From: an uncultured Candidatus Binatia bacterium
GTDB taxonomy: Bacteria > Desulfobacterota > Binatia > UBA9968 > JAJDTQ01
Direction of reading: 5' to 3'
NCBI GenBank assembly: GCA_965261895.1
Contig: OZ253480.1
Coordinates: 2,727,788-2,791,787, forward strand
Length of the DNA: 64,000 nt
A model generated the notes under the pieces. The model was not told where the DNA came from. It did no database searches and saw nothing but the letters and a program-made list of their open reading frames with translations. The translations under genes were made by a program, and so were the position numbers. Positions 8,563 to 18,664 of this stretch are shown one piece after another. The first letter of the stretch is position 1. Each line of letters starts with the position of its first letter.

Positions 8563-10020
8563 CTATTCGCCTCCCACCATCTCCGACCGTTGTTCCGTGG
8601 CCACGACCACGGACTTGACCTCGCTGTAGTGCTCCACCGCCTCGTTGCCGTGCTCCTTGCCGACGCCGCTCTGCTTGACGCCGCCGAAGGGCAGCTCGTC
8701 GTAGATGATCTGCGCCGAGTTGACCCAGGTGTAACCGGCATCGAGCTTCTCGGCGGCGTACAGGGCCTGGTCGATGTCCTGGGTCCAGATCGAGGAGCCC
8801 AGGCCGAAGATGGAATCGTTGGCTTGAGCCAAGCCCTCTTCGAGATTCTTGATCCGAACCACCGGCAGTGCGGGGCCGAACACCTCGTCTTTCAACAGCT
8901 TGGACTCGAGGTCGACATCCACCACGACGGACGGATTCAGAAAGTAGCCCTTGTCGTACTCGTCGCCGGTGGGGCGGTCGCCGCCCACCAGCACCTCGGC
9001 GCCGCGCTGCACCGCGTCCGCCACCTGCTCCTCCACCTCTTCGCGCTGCGCCTTGGTGTGCAGCGGACCGAGCATGGTGCCGCGCGTCAGGCCGTTGCCC
9101 ACCCGCAGCTTGCGGACCTTCTCCACCAGCTTCGCGATGAACTCGTCGGCGATCTTGTCCTGGAGGTAAAGCCGCTTCACCGCCAGGCACGCCTGGCCGC
9201 AGTTGAAAAAACGGCCCACGGAAGCCGCGCTCACCGCCCGATCGATGTTGGCGTCGTCGCACACGATCATGGGGTCGCTGCCGCCCAGCTCGAGGGTGAC
9301 CCGCTTGACCTCCTGGGCGGCCACCTCCATGATCCGTTTGCCGGTATCGGTCGCGCCGGTGAAACCGATCTTCCTGATGACGGGGTGCCGCAGAATCTCC
9401 TCGCCCACGGTCCCGCCCGGCCCGGTCACCATGTTGATGGTGCCCTTGGGAAGGCCCGCCTGCTGCACCAGCTCGACGCACCGGGTCGCGGTCAGCGGCG
9501 TGGTGCTGGCGGGTTTGATGACCATGGCGTTGCCGGCGAGCAGCGCCGGGCCCACCTTGTTGCCCATCAACGACACCGGGAAGTTCCACGGTATGATGGA
9601 GCCCACGACGCCCATGGGCTTGCTGATGATCAACCCGTAGCGCCCGTCATCCAGCTTCACGTAGCCGCCGCGCAAGGTCTTGGCCATGCCGGCGTAGTGC
9701 TCCAGGGTGTGGGCGAAGCGGCGGATTTCCAGCACCGACTCGCGCAATGCCTTGCCCTGCTCCTTGGTGAGTAGCTGGGTGAGCTCCTTCTCGTTCTCCA
9801 GCACCAGACGCGCGGCCTCGGACAGGCAGGCGCCGCGCTTGGCCGCAGAAAATTTACCCCACTCCACCGCCGCCTCTGCCGCGGCCGCCACCGCCCTCTT
9901 GACGTCTTCGGCCGTACCCTTGGGTACGGTATCCACCAACTCGCCGGTGGCGGGGTTGTGGATGGACGTGGTCTCGCCGCTTGCGGTATCCGTATACTCA
10001 CCTGCAATGAACATTTGCAT
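8563..10020 (-). CDS. NAD(P)-dependent aldehyde dehydrogenase
   Basis: ORF 8563..10194. Probable start is the ATG at 10020 (MQMFIAGEY). ALDH motifs are present (catalytic Cys in FFNCGQAC; ELGGS). Confidence 0.85.
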   Translation of the reverse strand: MQMFIAGEYTDTASGETTSIHNPATGELVDTVPKGTAEDVKRAVAAAAEAAVEWGKFSAAKRGACLSEAARLVLENEKELTQLLTKEQGKALRESVLEIRRFAHTLEHYAGMAKTLRGGYVKLDDGRYGLIISKPMGVVGSIIPWNFPVSLMGNKVGPALLAGNAMVIKPASTTPLTATRCVELVQQAGLPKGTINMVTGPGGTVGEEILRHPVIRKIGFTGATDTGKRIMEVAAQEVKRVTLELGGSDPMIVCDDANIDRAVSAASVGRFFNCGQACLAVKRLYLQDKIADEFIAKLVEKVRKLRVGNGLTRGTMLGPLHTKAQREEVEEQVADAVQRGAEVLVGGDRPTGDEYDKGYFLNPSVVVDVDLESKLLKDEVFGPALPVVRIKNLEEGLAQANDSIFGLGSSIWTQDIDQALYAAEKLDAGYTWVNSAQIIYDELPFGGVKQSGVGKEHGNEAVEHYSEVKSVVVATEQRSEMVGGE

Positions 10021-10227
10021 CGAACGAACTCTCCTCGTGTATCTTGATTTGCAGCCCGCGGGACTTGGCCGGAATTTTGCGACCGAACCGGAGAGGGTCC
10101 GTTTCGGCGAATTTTCGTCAGTCGAAGGCTGAAACAGAATGAACCACGTCAGCGCAGGCCTGTCAAGGAACCGTGTTGACCGGACCCGGGGCATTCTGTA
10201 TCAATAAGTCGGGTAGGAGCGATTCAA

Positions 10228-10515
10228 ATGACCGTCGATATTTCGGCAATCGCCATCATCGTGTCAGTCGTGGGGGTGGGGGTCGCGTTGGGCAGAATGA
10301 TACAACGCCTGCGCGCGGACATGCATAGGGAAATGGACCAGCGATTTGCCGAGGTCGGCAGGCGTTTCGTCGATATGGGCCAGCGCATCTCCGACAACGG
10401 CCAGCGTATTTCCGAACTGCGCGAGGACGTGCGCGAGATGCGGCAGGACGTCAGCAGCCTGCGTGAAGAAATGGGGGCTCTGCGCGAGCGCACAACCCAA
10501 GCCGCCTCTGCATGA
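10228..10515 (+). CDS. Small membrane-anchored coiled-coil protein, function unknown
   Basis: 95 aa with an N-terminal hydrophobic helix and then repeated QRISD/QRISEL heptad-like segments. AGGAG RBS 8 nt upstream. Confidence 0.5.
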   Translation: MTVDISAIAIIVSVVGVGVALGRMIQRLRADMHREMDQRFAEVGRRFVDMGQRISDNGQRISELREDVREMRQDVSSLREEMGALRERTTQAASA

Positions 10516-10560
10516 ATCCGAAAGACCCCCGTGTTCCGGGGAGGGCGACCTCGGAACACG

Positions 10561-11772
10561 TCAAAACCGTGTCCGGGTCTCCTTGCCGCTCATCTCGACG
10601 TAGACCTTCTCCGACGTGACCGGCTTGCCGTCGAGGCAGTCCTTGAGCCAGTCCACGATGATGGTGCGCGCCGCCGGGTTGCGGATGGAGTGGCGCTCGC
10701 CCTCGTAGACATAGAGGACCTTGGGACAGGTAGCCTCGTCCATGAGCTGGTAGACGAACTCGATGGGACAGAGCTCGTCGTCTTCTCCCGCCGCCACCAT
10801 GTAGGGGCACTGGATCTTGGCCGCCACCCCTTCGAGGGTCAGGGTCTTGCAGAATTCGTCGAACTTCGCCTCGTCGTCGTAGCCGGCCATGTACATGTAG
10901 TTGAGCTTGAAGGTCGGGGCGGCGGTGTTGAAGATGGTGTACTGGCTGGGCTCCATGCACACGCCGGCCACGGCGCAGGCCTTGAAGCCGGGCTCGGCGG
11001 CCGCCATGCGCGTGCCCCAGTAGGAGCCCATGCTGGAGCCGTAGATGGCCATCCGGTCGCCGTCGATCTCGGGACGGGTCTTGAGATAGGCGTAGGCCGC
11101 CTTGGCGCCGTCCTCGCAGTTGGAGGCGGTGACGGTGATGCCGCGTTCCCGGGTCTCGCCCTGCCCCGGCCCGTCGATGGAGAGGATCGCCATTCCCCGC
11201 TGCAGCAGCGGATCGCCCATGAGCGGATTGTCCTCCTTCACGCCGTCCATGCCCGGCTGATACAGGATGCACGGGAACCGCTCCCCCGGCGCCGGCTTGT
11301 GCGGCAAATGCAACAAAGCCGCCTGCTTACCGCCCGGCACGGAAAGGTCCACCCGTTCGATGGGATGATCGGCGAACCCGATGTAGCGGTCGTAACAGTC
11401 TCGCTTGCTCTCCGCCCAGGCCATCCGCTGCGGGTTGCCGTCCTCGAAGATCCCCCACTGGGCGGCGGTATAGTAGGTCGCCGCCACGTAGTAGTGCTCG
11501 CGGGCCTCCACCGTGTGCCCCAGCGCCTCGGCGGCGCGTCCCTGCTGCTCCCGCTTCTCGGCGGCGCGGGAGAACTCCCGCGGGAAGTCCGTGAACTTCT
11601 GAACCCGCTGTCCGATGCCCCTTAGCTCCCCGGCAATGCCCGGACCGCAGTTCCGCAGCATCTTGCCCGAGCGCCCCTGATCGAAGTCGAGGCCGCTCAC
11701 CTTGATGACCTGATCGAGTATCCAGCGTTGCTCCTGCCAGCGTTTCGTTTTTCTCTCGGTGCTCGCGCGCAT
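10561..11772 (-). CDS. Alpha/beta-hydrolase fold protein (esterase/peptidase-like)
   Basis: 403 aa with a GSSMG nucleophile elbow. Confidence 0.65.
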   Translation of the reverse strand: MRASTERKTKRWQEQRWILDQVIKVSGLDFDQGRSGKMLRNCGPGIAGELRGIGQRVQKFTDFPREFSRAAEKREQQGRAAEALGHTVEAREHYYVAATYYTAAQWGIFEDGNPQRMAWAESKRDCYDRYIGFADHPIERVDLSVPGGKQAALLHLPHKPAPGERFPCILYQPGMDGVKEDNPLMGDPLLQRGMAILSIDGPGQGETRERGITVTASNCEDGAKAAYAYLKTRPEIDGDRMAIYGSSMGSYWGTRMAAAEPGFKACAVAGVCMEPSQYTIFNTAAPTFKLNYMYMAGYDDEAKFDEFCKTLTLEGVAAKIQCPYMVAAGEDDELCPIEFVYQLMDEATCPKVLYVYEGERHSIRNPAARTIIVDWLKDCLDGKPVTSEKVYVEMSGKETRTRF

Positions 11773-11964
11773 GGTGCGTTTCTCCTTGCCGATTGGTGTT
11801 CCGGGTGCCGGCCGATCCGTGGAACGGCATGCGCCGCCGGTTCTTGATTCTTTCGCTCAGGTCTATATACAATCGCCGCGGCCGTAATCAATGTCCGAGA
11901 GCGAAACCCGTAACTTGTCGCCTGCAACAATACCGGCCACCGGCGGCCTTCGAGCGAGGGTGAG

Positions 11965-12813
11965 ATGGCGAGGCTTGAACCGGACGCGAAACTCGATGAG
12001 CGTATAGCGGTGCTCGAAGCCGCCCCCTTGCGCTGGTGGGCCGGGGAGGCCGAAGTGGTCCGGACCTACTTCTCCAATCCCCGGACCCGGGAGGACGACC
12101 TGCACTGGCTAAGGCTGCAGGCGGCGCGGGAGCTGGGTACGGTGGAACGGCTGCTCCAGGCCCTGCCCCACGACCTCGCGCAGATCGAGACGGCAGTCAG
12201 CCGCGGTTCCTTCGAGGCCTCGACGCGGTCCATCTACGAAGAGACGCGGCATTACCGGCTCCTGGCGAACATCATGGAGCAGATCGCCGGGGAGAGACCG
12301 GATCCACAAGAGCTGCTGGCCCTCTCGGGTTGCCAGCGTGAACGCAGGGGGCACCCCGACCTGCCGGCCATGACCGCTGAGATCGAGGCCACCAAGCGGC
12401 TCCACGAAACCTACGGTGATCTTGCGGAGGTGGCACTGGGCTTTTCCGAGGGGGCGGGAGCGGCCATCTTCTACATCGGGAACAGGCTTCTTGAACTCCC
12501 CTACACCTCCTATTCCGGCGGCGCCGTCGAAAGGGCCATCGCCGAGGCTATGGGCGTCATCTTCCACGACGAGATGCGTCACGGACCCGTTCACATTCCC
12601 CGCATCGCCAAGGCGATTCGCAACGACGACGACCTGGAGAAGGCGAGGCAAATCATCACCGAGAAGGCCATTGCCCACCTGAGGCTCCGCAACGAAACCT
12701 TCGGCCATCCGTTGACCGAAGCACGCATGGCCGAGATCGATGCCGGCGTCCATGTCGAGCCTCTGCCGGTGGATTACAGGAACATCACGCCTGTTTCTCC
12801 GTACTCGGCGTGA
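11965..12813 (+). CDS. Ferritin-like (two ExxH motifs) protein of unknown function; paralog of the partial CDS at 1..729
   Basis: 282 aa with EETRHY and HDEMRHGP motifs. Blocks are shared with the 1..729 protein. Confidence 0.55.
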   Translation: MARLEPDAKLDERIAVLEAAPLRWWAGEAEVVRTYFSNPRTREDDLHWLRLQAARELGTVERLLQALPHDLAQIETAVSRGSFEASTRSIYEETRHYRLLANIMEQIAGERPDPQELLALSGCQRERRGHPDLPAMTAEIEATKRLHETYGDLAEVALGFSEGAGAAIFYIGNRLLELPYTSYSGGAVERAIAEAMGVIFHDEMRHGPVHIPRIAKAIRNDDDLEKARQIITEKAIAHLRLRNETFGHPLTEARMAEIDAGVHVEPLPVDYRNITPVSPYSA

Positions 12814-12829
12814 GGCGTCCGCCACTCTT

Positions 12830-12857
12830 CCGTGACCCACGCGTCACGGTCAGTGAC
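12830..12857 (+). terminator. Possible hairpin terminator after 11965..12813 (no T-run)
   Basis: CCGTGAC-CCACGC-GTCACGG is followed by a second small palindrome GTCAC-GGTCA-GTGAC. Confidence 0.25.
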
Positions 12858-12987
12858 TTCGTTCGCTTCCAGACACGTGCCTGCCTGGTGCTCGTCATCA
12901 GGCGGTTGGACACACAATACTTTTCTGGGTTAGGATGCCGCCAGCTCTCGCAAACAATGCCCAAACGGGGGGGTAGTTGGGGTTTTC

Positions 12988-13497
12988 ATGAGGATTCGGC
13001 CGCAGACTGTCTTCAGTTTCCTGGTCCTCCTGTTTTTTGCCTTCGTGATCTGGGGGGCTAAGGATTGGCCCGTGAAGGCGCAGCTCTACCCCTGGGTGAT
13101 CGGCATTCCCATGCTTGTGTTGGCCGCCCTCCATCTCGTCATGGATTTTAAGGAGGGAAGCGGAAAGAGCACTTCTCCGTCCACGCTGGCCAACGCTCCA
13201 GGGACCACGCCGGCCGACTTCCAGTTCACGAAAGGCATCGACCCCGTCCTGGCCAGGCAGCGGACGATCAATATCTTTTCGTGGATTTTCGGTTTCCTCC
13301 TGGCATGCTGGCTCGCCGGTCTTTCCGTGACGGTCCCACCGTTCGTCTTCCTCTACCTTAGGGTCAAGTCGGGCGAGGGATGGGCCCTGTCTCTCGTGCT
13401 GACCGGCGCCATCTGGCTCCTGTATTGGGGTCTCTTCGAACAGTTGCTTCGGCTCCCAATTCCCGAGGGAAAAATCTATTTCTGGCTGGGGCTATGA
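12988..13497 (+). CDS. TctB-family small membrane subunit of a tripartite tricarboxylate-type transporter
   Basis: 169 aa, about 4 TM helices, immediately upstream of the TctA-family gene. Confidence 0.6.
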   Translation: MRIRPQTVFSFLVLLFFAFVIWGAKDWPVKAQLYPWVIGIPMLVLAALHLVMDFKEGSGKSTSPSTLANAPGTTPADFQFTKGIDPVLARQRTINIFSWIFGFLLACWLAGLSVTVPPFVFLYLRVKSGEGWALSLVLTGAIWLLYWGLFEQLLRLPIPEGKIYFWLGL

Positions 13498-13564
13498 CAA
13501 TGTGTGGCGTCTCGAAGCATGGGTTGTGTGACGCATTGGCAGCTTGCCGGCGTAAGAGGGTCCC

Positions 13565-15079
13565 GTGATTGACGCCGCCATAAGTGGTTTGCTCCAGGTA
13601 CTGTCCTGGCCGGCTTTCGGTTTCCTTCTGATCGGCGGAGGAATCGGCTTCGTCGTGGGCATTCTACCCGGCCTTGGGGGGTTGACCACCCTGGCCCTGA
13701 TGCTCCCCTTCGCCTACACGATCCAGGAGCCCATCGCGGCCTTCTGCTTCCTGCTTGGAATGCACGCCATCACCGGTACCACCGGAGACATCACCTCCAT
13801 CCTCTTCGGCATCCCGGGCGAGGGAACCTCGGCAGCTACGATCATGGACGGCTACCCCATGACCAAGAACGGCCAGGCGGGAAGGGCTCTGGGGGCTGCC
13901 CTGATGAGCTCACTCGTAGCCGGACTTGAAGGCGCCGTCATTCTGGCTATCTCGATCCCGATCATGCGGCCTCTCGTCCTGTTTTTCGGCGCACCCGAGC
14001 TTTTCATGCTCGCCATCCTGGGGATCACTTTTCTGGCCACTCTCAGCAGTTCTTCGCTCAGCAAGGGCGTCCTGGCCGGCGGTATCGGGCTCGCGATCTC
14101 CTCGGTTGGCATTGAAGATCATACGGGGACGCTTCGCTATACCATGGGGACCATCTATCTCTGGGAGGGATTGAGTCTGGCGCCTGTCGTCGTGGGGCTC
14201 TTCGCCTTTCCGGAGATCGTGGACCTGGCGGTGAGGGGTTCAAGCATTGCCGAATCCAAGGTGGGCAAAATCAGTGGAGTGATGGAGGGGGTCAAGGATA
14301 CCTTCCGGCATTTCTGGCTCACCATGCGTTGCGGCATGATCGGCGTTCTTGTCGGGGCCGTGCCCGGAGTAGGGGGCGGCGTCTCCCAGTGGATGGCTTA
14401 CGCCCATGCGGTGCAGAGTTCCAAGGACAAGCACCGTTTCGGCAAGGGGGCGGTGGAAGGAGTACTGGGACCCGGCGCCGCGAATAACTCCAAGGAAGGA
14501 GGGAACCTCATCCCGACCGTAGCCTTCGGAGTTCCGGGGACCACAGGAATGGCGATTCTCCTCGGGGCTTTTCTGATCGTCGGCCTGACGCCCGGCCCGG
14601 AAATGCTGACCAAGCACCTCGACGTCACCCTCGCGATGGTCTGGATACTGGTCATCTCCAATATCCTTGCCGCCGGCGTCGCTTTCCTGTTTCTCAGCCA
14701 GCTCGTCAAGCTCACCTTCGTGCGGGGAAATCTGCTCATTCCTTTCCTGGTTGTGTTCGTATTCCTCGGCGCCTTTTCGGCAAACAACGATTTCGCGGAT
14801 ATCGTGGTGGCCTGTGTTTTCGGCGTGCTGGGCTATTTCATGGTCCTTTTCGGATGGCCGAGGGCTCCGTTCGTTCTCGGTCTGGTCTTGGGGCGCCTGG
14901 CGGAGAGGTACCTCGGGATCTCGCTGGGCGCCTACGGCACCGGCTGGCTTCTCCACCCGCCCGTAATCGTCATGATAGTGATATTGTTGGGCAGCGTTTC
15001 CTATAGTGTGTACAAGAGGATGAGAAACAGCGATCAGGCGGTTGAGGGCCGCGTAGAACAGGACGAAGAAGGGGTATGA
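13565..15079 (+). CDS. TctA-family large membrane subunit of a tripartite tricarboxylate-type transporter
   Basis: 504 aa polytopic membrane protein with TctA signature blocks (GIPGEGTSAATIMDGYPM). Confidence 0.85.
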   Translation: MIDAAISGLLQVLSWPAFGFLLIGGGIGFVVGILPGLGGLTTLALMLPFAYTIQEPIAAFCFLLGMHAITGTTGDITSILFGIPGEGTSAATIMDGYPMTKNGQAGRALGAALMSSLVAGLEGAVILAISIPIMRPLVLFFGAPELFMLAILGITFLATLSSSSLSKGVLAGGIGLAISSVGIEDHTGTLRYTMGTIYLWEGLSLAPVVVGLFAFPEIVDLAVRGSSIAESKVGKISGVMEGVKDTFRHFWLTMRCGMIGVLVGAVPGVGGGVSQWMAYAHAVQSSKDKHRFGKGAVEGVLGPGAANNSKEGGNLIPTVAFGVPGTTGMAILLGAFLIVGLTPGPEMLTKHLDVTLAMVWILVISNILAAGVAFLFLSQLVKLTFVRGNLLIPFLVVFVFLGAFSANNDFADIVVACVFGVLGYFMVLFGWPRAPFVLGLVLGRLAERYLGISLGAYGTGWLLHPPVIVMIVILLGSVSYSVYKRMRNSDQAVEGRVEQDEEGV

Positions 15080-15100
15080 GCACCGATAGGTACGGGACCA

Positions 15101-15289
15101 CTAGTGTGGTGTGTCACAAATACGGTTATGAAGATGCGAGGGCATTTTGGTTGTCGGCAAGGCGCGATGACTTGTAGGGGCGACCGGCGGTCGCCCCCCA
15201 GTGGCGTGCACCACGCGAGGAAGAGCAACGCAGCCGACGGCCAAAAGGACCCGCAGATTCATAACCTTATTTGTGAGACACCACACTAG
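15101..15289. mobile_element. MITE copy A (189 bp; TIR CTAGTGTGGTGTGTCACAAATAC; core variant GGGCGACCGGCGGTCGCCC)
   Basis: Terminal inverted repeats ctagtgtggtg...caccacactag. It sits between the TctA-family gene and the DUF1989 gene. ORF-track entry 15104..15289 is its translation. Confidence 0.8.
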
Positions 15290-15304
15290 ATTCAGGGAGG
15301 GCCA

Positions 15305-15937
15305 ATGATGAGCACCGATGCAGACAAGATCCCCGGAAAAATCATCGACGACAGAATCATCGGACCAAGGGGGCATTGCGCCTGGGAAGTCCGGGAAGGA
15401 GAGGTGTTCCGCATCGTCGATATCGAGGGGCAGCAGGTGATGGATTTCCTGGCTTTCAATCTGAATGATTTGGATGAAAGACTCTCCCCGGAGAACACCT
15501 TGAACCTTAACAAGCAGATTTATCCGACGGTCGGCTACACCCTGCTCTCGGATAAAGCCGGCAAGCTCATGACGATTGTGGCGGATACTTGCGGCACCCA
15601 CGACATGCTCGCAGGGGCCTGCTCCAGCTATACCAACGAATACCGCTACGGTGTTCCGGGCGCTGCCAATTGCCGGGACAACTTCGTCGCCGCTCTCAAA
15701 CCGTGGGGACTTGGATGGAAAGACATACCCTACAACATGAACGTCTTTATGAATTGCCCCATCCAGGCTGACGGGACGTTCTCCATCGAACCACCGAAAT
15801 CCAAGGCGGGCGATTACATCGACTTCAGGGCCGACATGGATGTCCTGGTTGCCGGGTCGAACTGCCCCCAGGTGCTCAATCCCTGCAACTCCGGGGATTT
15901 GAAGCCGTTGCGGGTGGTCCACTACAGGCCCGGATAG
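15305..15937 (+). CDS. DUF1989 (urea-carboxylase-associated) family protein
   Basis: 210 aa with the family-typical C-terminal block (GDYIDFRADMDVLVAGSNCPQ). Confidence 0.6.
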   Translation: MMSTDADKIPGKIIDDRIIGPRGHCAWEVREGEVFRIVDIEGQQVMDFLAFNLNDLDERLSPENTLNLNKQIYPTVGYTLLSDKAGKLMTIVADTCGTHDMLAGACSSYTNEYRYGVPGAANCRDNFVAALKPWGLGWKDIPYNMNVFMNCPIQADGTFSIEPPKSKAGDYIDFRADMDVLVAGSNCPQVLNPCNSGDLKPLRVVHYRPG

Positions 15938-15980
15938 CAAGATCTTCTTCTGGTCCCAAACAAGGGGAGCTTCTAACCAT

Positions 15981-17072
15981 ATGAAGGGAGGCAACACCAT
16001 GAAGTGGGCGAGTAAGACCTTGATCCTGGCGGTTGCGGTCTGGGTATTTCAGGGCTCGATGCCGGGAACTCCGGGATCAGCCCAGGCCCAAACGAAACCG
16101 TACTATGAGGGCAAGACCATCCTGGTCATCGTCGGGTCCGGGCCCGGTGCGGGAAATGACATAAGGACGAGGTTGTTTGCCCGGCACGCGGCCAGGCATC
16201 TGCCCGGCAAGCCGCATCTCGTCGTGCAAAACAGGAGCGGGGGCGGTGGTCTCCGAGCGCGCAACTACCTCTACAACATCGCCAAACCGGATGGTTTCAC
16301 CATTGCGGAGATCATCAGAGGCACGGGTCTCCAGCACGCCATCAACGAACCGGCGGCGCGCTTCGAGGCCGACAAGTTCAACTGGATCGGAAACCTGACC
16401 ACGGCGACGGCGATCTGCACGGGTCGTATCGACCGGGTAGGGGCGAATCTCGAAGAGGCTATCAAGCGTTCCAAGAAGACCCAGTTGCGTAGCGGCGAAA
16501 CGAGCGGGAACAGCACCGGCGCGGCCATAGGGAAGATGCTGAAGAGGTTTACCGGCATCAACACGAGGCTGGTGGTGGGCTATCAGGGCGGCGCGCCCAT
16601 CGATCTGGCCATGGAGAAAGGGGAGGTGGACATGCGCTGCGGCTTCGTGTGGAGCTCGGCCAAGACCAGGAAACGGCACTGGTTCGCTCGCCTGGGAAGC
16701 AAGACGCCTTTCACCTCCGTGCTCGTCCAGGTCGCGACGAAGCGGCATCCCGAGCTGTCGGACATTCCAACACTGATAGAACTCGCACCGGACAAGGCAT
16801 CAAAAGATGTCGCGGAGATGCTGACGTTGACGTACCGGAATGCCTACCCGATGCTCGCCCCTCCGGGAACGCCCAAGCACGTGGTAAAGATTTTGCGGGA
16901 TGCCTTTTGGGCCACCGTCAATGACCCGCAGTACCTCGCGGACGCAAAGAAGATCGGCTATCTGGACGACGAACCGCTGAGGGGGCAGGAGGTGCAGGAA
17001 CTCATCGGAAAGATCGTGTCGGCGCCGGAGGAATCCAGAAAACTCATGGCCAAGATCATTGCCGCACAGTGA
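15981..17072 (+). CDS. TctC/Bug-family periplasmic substrate-binding protein
   Basis: 363 aa with a signal peptide and Bug-family fold blocks. Confidence 0.8.
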   Translation: MKGGNTMKWASKTLILAVAVWVFQGSMPGTPGSAQAQTKPYYEGKTILVIVGSGPGAGNDIRTRLFARHAARHLPGKPHLVVQNRSGGGGLRARNYLYNIAKPDGFTIAEIIRGTGLQHAINEPAARFEADKFNWIGNLTTATAICTGRIDRVGANLEEAIKRSKKTQLRSGETSGNSTGAAIGKMLKRFTGINTRLVVGYQGGAPIDLAMEKGEVDMRCGFVWSSAKTRKRHWFARLGSKTPFTSVLVQVATKRHPELSDIPTLIELAPDKASKDVAEMLTLTYRNAYPMLAPPGTPKHVVKILRDAFWATVNDPQYLADAKKIGYLDDEPLRGQEVQELIGKIVSAPEESRKLMAKIIAAQ

Positions 17073-17160
17073 TTTAGCACAGGGCGTCACGGGGGTCGCT
17101 GTCCGGAGTCTTCCCCCGTGACGAAGCCATGCGACAGGTCGAAAAGGAAGGCTGGGAAGG

Positions 17161-18555
17161 ATGTCCTTGTCAATGAAACCGGATCCCGGTTCCGGGGGAG
17201 AAAAGTCCGTGGATGAAAGCCCAAGTACAGCGACGCAAGGTTTGTCTCGTCAAATCGCCGAATTCACCGTGTCATTGAGCCTGGACCGGCTTCCCGCCAA
17301 CGTACTGTCCAACGCCAAACTTGCCATTCTCGACTGTCTCGGCGTGTCCGTTTTGGCCGCGGGTGAAGAGATCGGCGACAAGTTGCTGCGGTACGCCCGC
17401 AACAACCTCGGGCCGGGATCATGTACGGTTTGGGGGTCCGATTTCACGTTGAATCCAAGAGATGCCGCGCTGGTGAACGGGACTCTGGCCCATGGCCTGG
17501 ATTTCGACGACAGGGGCCATGCCTCCACCTACACGTTGGCGGCCGCGTTGGCGGCAAGCGAAGGCTGCCAAGCGTCCGGCGCCAGGACATTGGAGGCGTT
17601 TATCGCGGGTCGCGAAGCCATGATGACCCTGGAACCCCTCTTCGCCAGACGAAGCAGCGGCATTGGGCCTGGGGCGCGGGGGTGGCATAGCAATGGGATC
17701 CTTGGCCCCATCGCGGCTGCCTGTGCCGCAAGCAAGATCCTCGACCTCGATGTCTCGCAGACCCTTACCGCCATCGGGCTTGCCACCGGCTCATGCGGGG
17801 CATTGACCAGAGATGGCGGGACCATGGCGAAACCGTTTCGGGTCGGCCACGCCGCATCCGCGGGCCTCACTTGCGCATACTTGGCCCAGGAGGGGTTCAC
17901 CAGCGATGAGACCGCCGTCGAGGGCTCATACGGCCTTCTGGATGCCGTCGGCCCGCTCCAGGACGATATACTGGAGGCCCTGGGAAGGGGGCTCGGGACC
18001 GATTACCGCCTCGGCAAGGAGGTCAAGCTGAAGCGGTTCGGTTCCTGCACCGCTACGCATGACGGGGTCGAGGCGATGCTGAGGATGGTTCAGGAGAATA
18101 GGCCACTGGCGCCTTCCGAAATAGACTTCATCGAGTGCGACATGCACCCGTACCCGCTGGTGAGAATGCAACCGGAACGGGGTTTTGAAGGACGGTTCAG
18201 CATGGCCTACTGCCTCTCCCTGGCTCTCCTTTACGGAGGACTGGACCCTGAGAACTTCACCGACGAACGAGCCCGGGATCCGGAGTTGAGGAACCTGCTC
18301 GGGCGCGTTCGCCACGTTCCCGGATCGGACTCGCTGGTCGTGCGTTTGAAGGACGGCACAACCGTCACCGAACCTGTTCGAACCCCGGCGGATCTGAAGG
18401 GACGGGAGGCGGTGCTGGACAAGTTCAACGACAGCGTTGACAGGATTCTGTCCGAGGCGCAAAGGGCGGCCGTACCGGACCTCGTGGACCGCCTGGAGCA
18501 AAGCCCCTCGATCGAGCCGTTGATGGAAGCGCTCCGCCGGCAGCCGGCCTACTGA
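17161..18555 (+). CDS. MmgE/PrpD-family protein (2-methylcitrate dehydratase-like)
   Basis: 464 aa with conserved MmgE/PrpD N- and C-terminal domains. Confidence 0.85.
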   Translation: MSLSMKPDPGSGGEKSVDESPSTATQGLSRQIAEFTVSLSLDRLPANVLSNAKLAILDCLGVSVLAAGEEIGDKLLRYARNNLGPGSCTVWGSDFTLNPRDAALVNGTLAHGLDFDDRGHASTYTLAAALAASEGCQASGARTLEAFIAGREAMMTLEPLFARRSSGIGPGARGWHSNGILGPIAAACAASKILDLDVSQTLTAIGLATGSCGALTRDGGTMAKPFRVGHAASAGLTCAYLAQEGFTSDETAVEGSYGLLDAVGPLQDDILEALGRGLGTDYRLGKEVKLKRFGSCTATHDGVEAMLRMVQENRPLAPSEIDFIECDMHPYPLVRMQPERGFEGRFSMAYCLSLALLYGGLDPENFTDERARDPELRNLLGRVRHVPGSDSLVVRLKDGTTVTEPVRTPADLKGREAVLDKFNDSVDRILSEAQRAAVPDLVDRLEQSPSIEPLMEALRRQPAY

Positions 18556-18664
18556 GTCGAGCCCGAGACGTTTACGTTTGCCTACGCCTTCGTCGAGACG
18601 GTACCGCCGAGATCTCCGAACTGCGGGGCGCCGGAGCGCGCCCCGGTTTCGAAATCGCGGAATA

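Noticed and set aside
4567-9774. Giant 1735-aa plus-strand ORF
   Set aside because: It runs antisense across five well-supported minus-strand genes (PhtD-like, aldolase, CoA ligase, ALDH). Its composition is a low-complexity G/R/A/P/V-rich translation typical of high-GC antisense frames.
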